Below are positions 56,690 through 64,000 of a DNA stretch of 64,000 nucleotides, piece by piece. The DNA is from Marispirochaeta sp. Lineage in GTDB: Bacteria; Spirochaetota; Spirochaetia; JC444; Marispirochaetaceae. The notes beneath the pieces are model-generated. The model saw only the letters and a list, made by a program, of their open reading frames with translations, was not told the DNA's origin and did no database searches. Both the position numbers and the translations under genes were made by a program. The stretch is taken from the NCBI GenBank assembly GCA_963676835.2, contig CAXXFF010000002.1, forward strand, positions 864,001-928,000. The letters run 5' to 3'. The first letter of the stretch is position 1; every line of letters starts with the position of its first letter.

Positions 56690-58110
56690 CACACGCCGGG
56701 CATCTGCTTACAGAGAAAACTCTCTCCTTCATCGAATCGAGGACCGGTATTCATATGCCGGAAACCGGATACCGCCAGGTGGAATCATTCCTGGAAGAGC
56801 GGGTCACGCTGCTTGGTGTTTCTCTTAATAAATACCTTGAGCTGCTGGATTCGGCACCGGATGAACGGCATGCCTTTCTGGATGCAATTACCATCAATGA
56901 AACCTACTTTTTTCGGGAAGAACGCCACTTCGATGTACTGGAAAAAGAGATATTTCCTGCTCTCAAGCAGCAGGGAGTTAAGCGGCCGGGAATGTGGAGT
57001 GCCGCCTGTTCTACCGGGGAGGAGGCAATCTCACTGGCTGTGCTGGCCAGGCAGTTCTGGGGGAGTAAGGATTGTACTGTTCTTGCCACGGATATAAACC
57101 GCTCTGCTGTTGAACGGCTCCACTCCGGGGTTTACCGTAAAAGTTCCTTTCGTCATGATGGAGAAAAGTATCATCAACTGTTGACTCCCTATGCTGATGA
57201 ACAGGGAACCCGGGTTCAGATTTCCCCTTCTCTTCTCGACTCGGTTAATTCCTGCTGGATAAACCTTTCAGACAGCGAGTATGCCGGCGTTCCCCGGGAC
57301 CTGCATGTGGTTTTCTTAAGGAATATGCTTATCTATGTAAGCTTCGAGCGGCGCCTGGAGATTTTGGCCCGGATTGCAGCGCTTCTTGTAGAAGGAGGAT
57401 TCCTCTTTCTGAGCTCCACGGAGATTCCCCTTTTAAAGCATCCGGATATGGAATTGAAGCTCAGTAAGGGGTGTTACTACTTTCAGAAAAAGACGGGTGT
57501 TGTCCACATAAAGCAGCATAGCGGGAATGGACTGAAAACAGATCAGCCGGAAATTGTTCTTCCTTCCCCAAAGCAGAAGCAGCCGGAACCGGTACCCCTC
57601 AGGATTATGGAAATACTCAAGCGGATTGGAGAAACTTCAGCCGCTGAGGGCCGTGCTGTTTCCGTTGATCCTGCCGGGGATGCTTTAGCAGAGGCTGCGG
57701 TGGTGCTTTTGCACGCGGTTGAACTGCTGAACAGCGGAGATTTTGAACGTGGAGAAGCCGCGCTTGAGAAACTGGAGAGCCTGACTGGTCCCAATGAAAT
57801 AAGCACGTACCTCCTCGGTGTTTCTGCGCAGCGGCAGGATAACAGTAAGGAAGCTTTGCACCTGTTCAGCGCATCATCAGCAGGGAATGCCGACTTCTGG
57901 CCCGCCCTTTTTCAACATGCCATGCTGCTGCGGCAGGAAGATCCGAAGAGAGCTTCCCGGGAGTTTGCAGCAGTTCTGCGTCTGGTGAAAAAGTACCGGG
58001 AGCGGGGCGACGGCAGCTATAATTTTTTACTGGAAGGGTTTGATAGCCAGTATTTTGCCGGAATCTGTGAAGGCTGGATTAACCGATTGGGATCTAAAAG
58101 GAGCATATAA
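56686..58110 (+). CDS. cheR: CheR methyltransferase with C-terminal TPR
   Basis: TINETYFFRE, WSAACSTGEE, ATDI, RN.LIY and a helical TPR-like tail. Confidence 0.9.
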   Translation: MTHAGHLLTEKTLSFIESRTGIHMPETGYRQVESFLEERVTLLGVSLNKYLELLDSAPDERHAFLDAITINETYFFREERHFDVLEKEIFPALKQQGVKRPGMWSAACSTGEEAISLAVLARQFWGSKDCTVLATDINRSAVERLHSGVYRKSSFRHDGEKYHQLLTPYADEQGTRVQISPSLLDSVNSCWINLSDSEYAGVPRDLHVVFLRNMLIYVSFERRLEILARIAALLVEGGFLFLSSTEIPLLKHPDMELKLSKGCYYFQKKTGVVHIKQHSGNGLKTDQPEIVLPSPKQKQPEPVPLRIMEILKRIGETSAAEGRAVSVDPAGDALAEAAVVLLHAVELLNSGDFERGEAALEKLESLTGPNEISTYLLGVSAQRQDNSKEALHLFSASSAGNADFWPALFQHAMLLRQEDPKRASREFAAVLRLVKKYRERGDGSYNFLLEGFDSQYFAGICEGWINRLGSKRSI

Positions 58111-60338
58111 TGGCAATAAACAGAGAAGCCTTTATTGCAAACTATCTGGAAGAGCTGGCGGACAATCTCTCTGTTGTAGACTCGGGAATCCTGGTACTTA
58201 AAAAAGATCCGGAAAATGATGAAGAACTCACCAGGCTGTTACGGTCCCTGCATACCATTAAAGGCTCCTCCCGGATGCTGAAATTTTCCACTGTGGAAAA
58301 AATTGCCCATGGTATTGAGAATGTATTCAAGGGGGTTAAGGAAGAACGCTACCCTGTTTCCACCGAACTTATTCAACTGGTTTTTATTACCACAGATACA
58401 ATCCGCAATGCGGCGGAGGTAATTCGTGTTTCCGGAGATGATACCCTGGAAATCCATTCCCTGTTGAATGCCTACGACTATGCCTATGCCGGGGAGCCCT
58501 ACGACGTTCAGGCCCTGCGCAGCGAGTATGGTAAGAAAGAGGTGTTTTCCGCGGTCCCTCCCCCGGAGGAAACAGGCGGCAGTGGAGGCAGCGAGCCGGA
58601 AGAGGCTGCACCTTCCCGTCGGCCCCTGCCTTCGTCATCTGATGAGGGGGAGGGGGAGTACGACACAATCCGGATACAGGTAAGCAGAATAGACAAGATC
58701 GTCAAACTGCTGAACAACCTTATAATTCGTCAGTTTCAGCTGCGCAAGGAAAACGAAGTTCTTGCCGGCATGGAGCGAAGTCTTCAGACCCTCGGCAGCT
58801 CCGGTGCGGGGCACAAAGGCAGCTCACTCTTTTCGGAAGAGATGACAAGCCTGATGGAGAATCTGCAGGTTCTGAAAAAGAGCTTTCAGGAGGAGCTTCC
58901 CCAGATCGAACGGAACATCTTCGATCTTCAGGAGGAGATTCTTTCACTTCGTATGCTTCCCCTGGAGCTTATTCTGGGAAGTCTGGGGAAGATGGTTGAA
59001 GAGACGGCTATTATAACCGGCAAGGAGATATCCTACTCAACCAGGGGAACAGAACTCAAGCTGGATAAGTTTATACTCGAACGGCTCCATGACCCGGTGA
59101 TTCATATTGTGCGCAACTCGGTTGATCACGGTATCGAAACTCCCGAAGAGCGGAAGGCTGCCGGAAAAGAAGCGGAAGGCAGGCTGGAAATTGCCTGCTC
59201 CTCTGAGGGGGGTAACATTGTGATCCGCATCCGGGATGACGGCCGGGGCCTTGATTACGAGAAGATCCGCCGCAGGGCTATGGAAATGGAACCTCTTCGG
59301 CGGGAAGAGATAGAGGAGATGGATGATACTGCTTTAAACTCCTATCTTTTCCGGTCAGGCTTCTCTACCAAGGACGAAATTACCGATCTTTCAGGCCGGG
59401 GTGTCGGTCTCGATATTGTCCGTTACAATATTGAAAAGATGAAGGGCAAGATCTCTCTCTCCAGCAAAAAGGGAGAGGGTACGGAGTTTAAGCTTTCGCT
59501 GCCTCTTTCCCTTGCCACGGTTAACGGCTTTTTCATTAAATCTGCGGGAGAGAAATTCCTCATTCCTGCGGCCTTTGTTCGTGAGATTGTTATCGTTCAT
59601 TCCGGTGAAGAGCTGGATCTTCTGAACAGAAAAGGCTACAAGCTGCGGGATCTTATTGTGCCCCTGTATCCCCTCTCGTCAATTATAGAGGGACATGAGT
59701 CTGATCAGGCTCCAAAGAATAAATCATTTGTGGTCATTGTGGAGAGTATGGGTGAGGTTGTCGGTATTGTGGTGGATGCGGTTATTCAGTACAACTCGCT
59801 GATCTACAAGCCTGTGCCGAAAAACCTGGCCTCCCTTAAATCAATCCAGGGGATTGTTTTCGATGAAAACTACAACATAATCAACATTCTTTTTATTCCG
59901 GAGATCATTACACGCTTTAAGAGAATCCGGGGAATCGATACCCGCAGGCGGTTCTCTTCCGGCACCAGGGAGTATAAAAAAGTGCTGGTGGTGGACGACT
60001 CCTTTTCCACCCGTGAAATTGAAAAATCAATACTCGAACTGGAACACTACGATGTATTTACCGCTGTGGATGGAATCGACGGCCTGGAAAAACTGAAGGA
60101 GCAGCGCTTCAGTCTGATTATCACAGATATTCATATGCCCCGGATGGACGGGCTGACCTTCCTGGAAAATCTTCGCAAGGATGAACGCTATGCGACAACT
60201 CCGGTGATCGTTATTTCATCCGACGAAAACCAGGCGGGACAAAGTCGCTTCCGGGAAGCCGGAGCGGACCGCTTTATTATCAAGTCTGATTTCGACAGAG
60301 GAAATCTTCTTAAAGAAGTCAAGGAACTTATCGGGTAA
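58110..60338 (+). CDS. cheA: Hybrid CheA-REC histidine kinase
   Basis: Hpt HTIKGS, HIVRNSVDHGIE, DDGRG, GFST..SGRGVGLD, CheW domain and C-terminal REC (VDDS, TDIHMP). Confidence 0.93.
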   Translation: MAINREAFIANYLEELADNLSVVDSGILVLKKDPENDEELTRLLRSLHTIKGSSRMLKFSTVEKIAHGIENVFKGVKEERYPVSTELIQLVFITTDTIRNAAEVIRVSGDDTLEIHSLLNAYDYAYAGEPYDVQALRSEYGKKEVFSAVPPPEETGGSGGSEPEEAAPSRRPLPSSSDEGEGEYDTIRIQVSRIDKIVKLLNNLIIRQFQLRKENEVLAGMERSLQTLGSSGAGHKGSSLFSEEMTSLMENLQVLKKSFQEELPQIERNIFDLQEEILSLRMLPLELILGSLGKMVEETAIITGKEISYSTRGTELKLDKFILERLHDPVIHIVRNSVDHGIETPEERKAAGKEAEGRLEIACSSEGGNIVIRIRDDGRGLDYEKIRRRAMEMEPLRREEIEEMDDTALNSYLFRSGFSTKDEITDLSGRGVGLDIVRYNIEKMKGKISLSSKKGEGTEFKLSLPLSLATVNGFFIKSAGEKFLIPAAFVREIVIVHSGEELDLLNRKGYKLRDLIVPLYPLSSIIEGHESDQAPKNKSFVVIVESMGEVVGIVVDAVIQYNSLIYKPVPKNLASLKSIQGIVFDENYNIINILFIPEIITRFKRIRGIDTRRRFSSGTREYKKVLVVDDSFSTREIEKSILELEHYDVFTAVDGIDGLEKLKEQRFSLIITDIHMPRMDGLTFLENLRKDERYATTPVIVISSDENQAGQSRFREAGADRFIIKSDFDRGNLLKEVKELIG

Positions 60339-60359
60339 GCGGTAACCGGGGGTAGGACT

Positions 60360-62213
60360 ATGAAAAACGAAGGAACAGTTCTGATAATTGATGACTCTGA
60401 TCTGGTTGCGGGAGTCTTATCTCAGGCTCTGGAATCCGCAGGCTTTACGGTGGAGCGGGAGAGCAACGGTGTGGATGGTGTTCTCGGAGTGTACAGAATT
60501 ATTCCCGACCTGATTATTATGGATGTTGAAATGCCCCTGATGCAGGGTTATCAGGCAAGCAGGCTGCTTAAAAGGCGGCGGGGTGTTCGGGATATTCCCA
60601 TTATCATGCATACCAGTCTTTCCGAGGACAAAGACAAATACTGGGCCTTCTCTTCCGGGGCTGATGCCTTTGTTAACAAGGACTTTGATAACCTTGACCT
60701 GATAGTTTCCCGGGTAAGCGAACTGATTGATCATTCTCCCCTGGACAGGGCATGTATAGAAGAAGACGGTGCCGGGATGAACCGGGAACGGATATTCGAA
60801 ATAATCGGATCGGTTTTTGATAACGATCTTTTCCGTTCCACCATTCTAAATATGCTGGGGGATATCGGCCGGGCCATCGATTCATTAAAAGGGACATGCG
60901 GAAGAATACTCGATCTGCTGCCAAAAGTGTGTGAAGCGGATATCGGGATTATTATGCTGAAGAATGGAAAAAATCCGGATGCCTATATCCGGCCTTCCAC
61001 CGCGGTGGTTAAATCCGATATCGATGCTTTTCTGGAAATCTGCTTCCCCGATTTTGCGGATCACTTTGCCCGTCTCAGTTTTGACGATCTTAAGACAGAA
61101 CTGGTAACAGAAGAGCTTGCAGAAGACTTCGAGAAAATCAGGATTGACAGTAAGCACCTCAGTTCCTACGTCTGCTTTCCTCTTATCGGGAAAGGGGATG
61201 AAGTTATAGGTACCCTGCATATCGGGAGCTTTATTAATAACTATTTTTCCGATCGTATCAGTGCCGATATCGATGTCTTTGCTCAAGGGTCGGGGATTAT
61301 TGTAGAAAACTCCCTGTTGTTCAACCAGACCCGTCAGATGGAGGAAAACATCCGCAACGTATTCGGCAAGTTTGTTCCCCGGGAGATTATCAACGATTTA
61401 GTGGAAAAGCAGAGTGATGATGCGCTTCTTGTGGGAGAGAAACGCAAAATTGTCGTACTCTTTTCCGATATCCGCAGTTTTACCACCATCAGCGAAAACA
61501 ATCCTCCCGAAAAGGTAGTGGCCTTTCTGAACAGCCACTTTACTATTATGGTTGATATCATCAAGGAGGAGGGCGGCTCCATTGACAAGTTTATCGGGGA
61601 TGCAATTTTTGCCATCTTCGGAGCTCCCATAAGCTATGAAGACAATGCCCAGCGGGCGGTGCGGGCAGCCCTGAAGATGATAGAAGCCCGAAGCAGGGTT
61701 GCCGTGGAGGGGCTGGTTCTGCCTGAGATCGGTTACGACCTGGGCATCGGACTCCACGAAGGCGATGCAATTGTCGGCAACATCGGCTCCTCTGAGAAGT
61801 TTGATTATACCGCCATCGGCGACACGGTAAATATCGCAGCCCGTCTTGAAGGGCTGACCAAGCATTATCACCGCAAGATTCTTCTCTCCGATGAACTCTC
61901 CCGGAAGCTGGATGACAGCATCAGTTTAAGGGAAGTTGATCAGGTGAAGGTGAAGGGTAAGGCCCTCGCCACCCGGCTGCTTTCGCCGGTAACCATGGAG
62001 GATCCCGGCGATGGTGAGGCGGGAGAGGCTTACGAGAAGGGCATTAAGCAGTACAAGCTGGGCAACTGGGAATCCGCGGCGGATTATTTCACCCGGGTGC
62101 TTGAGCTTATAGAGGGGGATTACCTGGCGGATATGTTTCTTTCCCGCTGCATCGATTTTCAGCAGGATCCTCCCCGGGAATGGGACGGTTCGCTGATGCT
62201 TGATTTTAAATAA
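60360..62213 (+). CDS. REC-GAF-class III adenylate cyclase with TPR-like tail
   Basis: REC (IDDS, MDVEMP), FSDIRSFT, DKFIGDA and YTAIGDTVNIAARLE. Confidence 0.9.
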   Translation: MKNEGTVLIIDDSDLVAGVLSQALESAGFTVERESNGVDGVLGVYRIIPDLIIMDVEMPLMQGYQASRLLKRRRGVRDIPIIMHTSLSEDKDKYWAFSSGADAFVNKDFDNLDLIVSRVSELIDHSPLDRACIEEDGAGMNRERIFEIIGSVFDNDLFRSTILNMLGDIGRAIDSLKGTCGRILDLLPKVCEADIGIIMLKNGKNPDAYIRPSTAVVKSDIDAFLEICFPDFADHFARLSFDDLKTELVTEELAEDFEKIRIDSKHLSSYVCFPLIGKGDEVIGTLHIGSFINNYFSDRISADIDVFAQGSGIIVENSLLFNQTRQMEENIRNVFGKFVPREIINDLVEKQSDDALLVGEKRKIVVLFSDIRSFTTISENNPPEKVVAFLNSHFTIMVDIIKEEGGSIDKFIGDAIFAIFGAPISYEDNAQRAVRAALKMIEARSRVAVEGLVLPEIGYDLGIGLHEGDAIVGNIGSSEKFDYTAIGDTVNIAARLEGLTKHYHRKILLSDELSRKLDDSISLREVDQVKVKGKALATRLLSPVTMEDPGDGEAGEAYEKGIKQYKLGNWESAADYFTRVLELIEGDYLADMFLSRCIDFQQDPPREWDGSLMLDFK

Positions 62214-62342
62214 AGATTGTCTCCAATTAAACCCCTTCATTTTCCAGTAAAAACCATGTGAGAGGCTTGAAAATTACTGGTAAGATAAAATTCTGGAGTA
62301 TGCCTGTTTCCAAAAGGCACACACAGGTTTATACTTCTGTAC

Positions 62343-62618
62343 GTGGATAAGAACTTCAACTGGAATGATGAAAAGAATATCCTCCTGATTAAGGACAGAG
62401 GTATCTCTTTCGAGGAAGTTGTGTTTTGTATTCAGCATGGTGGAATACTTGATGAGGTCGAACATCCTAATCATGAAAAGTATCAGATTCAGAGAATATA
62501 TGTTGTTGTGATCAATGATTATATCTATCTGGTTCCGTATGTAGAGAGTAAAGAAGAAATTTTTCTGAAAACAATTATTCCAAGCAGAAAGGCGAAGAAA
62601 GAATATTTAGGAGGATAG
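62343..62618 (+). CDS. BrnT-like toxin
   Basis: FNWNDEKN..L...RGISFEE, HPN and FLKTIIPSRKA. Confidence 0.8.
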   Translation: MDKNFNWNDEKNILLIKDRGISFEEVVFCIQHGGILDEVEHPNHEKYQIQRIYVVVINDYIYLVPYVESKEEIFLKTIIPSRKAKKEYLGG

Positions 62619-62620
62619 GC

Positions 62621-62902
62621 ATGGACCTCAACGAATATGAAAAAGAAATACAAGCGGACTATGAGGCGGGAAAACTGACATCCCTGGGTATAAGCGACTC
62701 CGAGAAGGAACGATTATCAGAAATTGCTGCCAGTACACTGAAAAAAAATAAAAGGGTAAATATCCGTCTGTCGGAACATGATCTCCAGTCCATACAGAGA
62801 AAAGCAATTCAGGAAGGATTGCCGTACCAGACATTGATTTCCAGTTTGATACATAAATACACAAATGGCCTGCTTGTTGATTCGACAAAAGCAGCCGGTT
62901 GA
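62621..62902 (+). CDS. CopG/RHH antitoxin (BrnA-like)
   Basis: KRVNIRLS..DL..I..KA..EGLPYQTLISS.IHKY. Confidence 0.85.
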   Translation: MDLNEYEKEIQADYEAGKLTSLGISDSEKERLSEIAASTLKKNKRVNIRLSEHDLQSIQRKAIQEGLPYQTLISSLIHKYTNGLLVDSTKAAG

Positions 62903-62921
62903 AATTAACGCAAAGATAATA

Positions 62922-63281
62922 ATGAAGATAATTCAGCAAATCGGTATATTCTTTTCCATCTGTCTTCTGGGAGAAATAATTTCAGCCCTGCTTCCGGTTC
63001 CCTTTCCCGCCAGTGTTCTGGCCATGGTTATAGCTTTTCTTTTCTTATACTTCCGCATTTTGCGGCCGGATCATATTCAGGAGAAGGCTGATTTTCTGCT
63101 GAAGAATATGGCCTTCTTTTTTATTCCCGCCGGTGTGGGAATCCTTTCCAGCTACAGTGCGATCAAGTCGGTGCTGCTGCCGGTTTTATTTATCTGCGTA
63201 GTTACGTTTGTCGGTAATTTCCTAATAACCGGGCTGGTGGTCAAAGGTGTTATGCGCCTTATGAACAGGCAGGGGAGCTGA
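62922..63281 (+). CDS. CidA/LrgA holin-like protein
   Basis: GE.IS..LP.P.P.SV..M and LLKNM.FFFIPAGVG. Confidence 0.88.
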   Translation: MKIIQQIGIFFSICLLGEIISALLPVPFPASVLAMVIAFLFLYFRILRPDHIQEKADFLLKNMAFFFIPAGVGILSSYSAIKSVLLPVLFICVVTFVGNFLITGLVVKGVMRLMNRQGS

Positions 63282-63283
63282 AG

Positions 63284-63967
63284 ATGCAGGAAATATACAG
63301 CTCTCCCTTCTTTTCAATAACCCTCTGCATTGTTACCTATATGGTGGGTTTGTGGATCCATTCCCGGTTACGCTCCCCGCTGGTGAATCCCCTGCTTATT
63401 GCCATAGTTCTAACCATTGCAGTTATCCTCGGGCTGAATATTCCCCTGAAAAGTTTCTATAAAGGGGGAGATATGATTACCCTCTTTCTGGGGCCCGCAA
63501 CGGCGGCCCTGGCAATTTCCATCTACAGTCAGATGAAGCTTTTAAAAAAGAATCTGCTGCCCATTCTTATCGGTACCTTTACGGGCTCCCTCTTTTCCGT
63601 GGTCAGCATCTATTTTCTCTGCCGCTGGTTCAAGTTGGACGATGTGATGACAGCCTCTCTTCTGCCCAAGTCGGTAACCACCCCTATAGCCATGGGGGTT
63701 TCCCAATCCCTGGGCGGAATTGTACCGGTAACCATTATTGCCGTGGTTTTAACCGGTCTTTTAGGGGCGATTTTCTCTCCTCTGCTGGTTAAGCTGTTCC
63801 GGCTGAAAGACCCGGTGGTCATCGGCCTTGCCATTGGAACCTCCAGTCATGCCCTGGGTACATCCAAGGCGGTGGAGATGGGTGAGATTCAGGGCGCGGT
63901 AAGCGGAATTGCCATCGGCCTTGCAGGCCTGTTTACGGTAATTATTACCCTGTTTTTTCAGGGATAA
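63284..63967 (+). CDS. lrgB: LrgB/CidB-family protein
   Basis: NPLLIA, LGPAT.ALA, PKSVTTPIA and GTSSHALGTSKA. Confidence 0.9.
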   Translation: MQEIYSSPFFSITLCIVTYMVGLWIHSRLRSPLVNPLLIAIVLTIAVILGLNIPLKSFYKGGDMITLFLGPATAALAISIYSQMKLLKKNLLPILIGTFTGSLFSVVSIYFLCRWFKLDDVMTASLLPKSVTTPIAMGVSQSLGGIVPVTIIAVVLTGLLGAIFSPLLVKLFRLKDPVVIGLAIGTSSHALGTSKAVEMGEIQGAVSGIAIGLAGLFTVIITLFFQG

Positions 63968-64000
63968 AACATAAGGGCAGCTCTAAAAAGAGTCCGGTTT

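Noticed and set aside
43927..62213. Chemosensory cAMP as the signal for the Crp/Fnr regulator
   Set aside because: Proximity is the only support. The regulator lacks a canonical GE...R(S/T)A phosphate-binding cassette (it has GAAE...YRGS).
63974..63989. AGGGCAGCTCTAAAA, similar to the reverse complement at 9604-9618, as IS/MITE ends
   Set aside because: The match is short and imperfect, with no transposase or target duplication visible, and it lies at the window edge.
1..64000. CRISPR arrays, tRNA/rRNA genes, known riboswitches, prophage genes
   Set aside because: No regularly spaced repeats or recognisable RNA or phage signatures were seen by eye. Not confirmed by Infernal or tRNAscan.

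Overview
This is a gene-dense bacterial chromosomal window, probably from an anaerobic free-living spirochaete (inferred from secretion-signal style and gene content, not verified). No rRNA, tRNA, CRISPR array or intact transposase was seen. Left part: a D-2-hydroxyacid dehydrogenase; a PrpR-like sigma-54 activator divergent from a large secreted metallo-beta-lactamase-fold gene with a clear -24/-12 promoter; a DUF1007/Ni-Co transporter pair; an Xre-RES toxin-antitoxin (TA) pair; GntR with tandem GntP permeases; aldolase, RpiR and an orphan binding protein; DipZ-MsrA; a diguanylate cyclase; and a binding protein/degenerate kinase/receiver trio. Centre (about 23.7-48.8 kb) holds the main finding. 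A palindrome GGACA-N2-TGTCC occurs five times, each 23-24 nt from a TAnnnT -10 box (class II activator geometry). It links an MFS, the uncharacterised glycyl radical enzyme YjjI/YjjW, an esterase, a LarA homologue, a TudS-like desulfidase, a PreA-like dehydrogenase, a cyclic amidohydrolase, an MmgE/PrpD enzyme, a carbamoylase, a nitrilase-family amidase, NMT1-type ABC and ECF transporters, uridine phosphorylase and a Crp/Fnr regulator. Together these suggest a regulon for catabolism of modified (thio/carboxy-substituted) pyrimidine nucleosides. An AT-rich TA insert with a duplicated, internally deleted gene end interrupts this region. Right part: a B12 radical SAM gene, a Wsp-like chemosensory operon that starts with PilZ and ends in a receiver-adenylate cyclase, a BrnT-type TA pair and CidA/LrgB.
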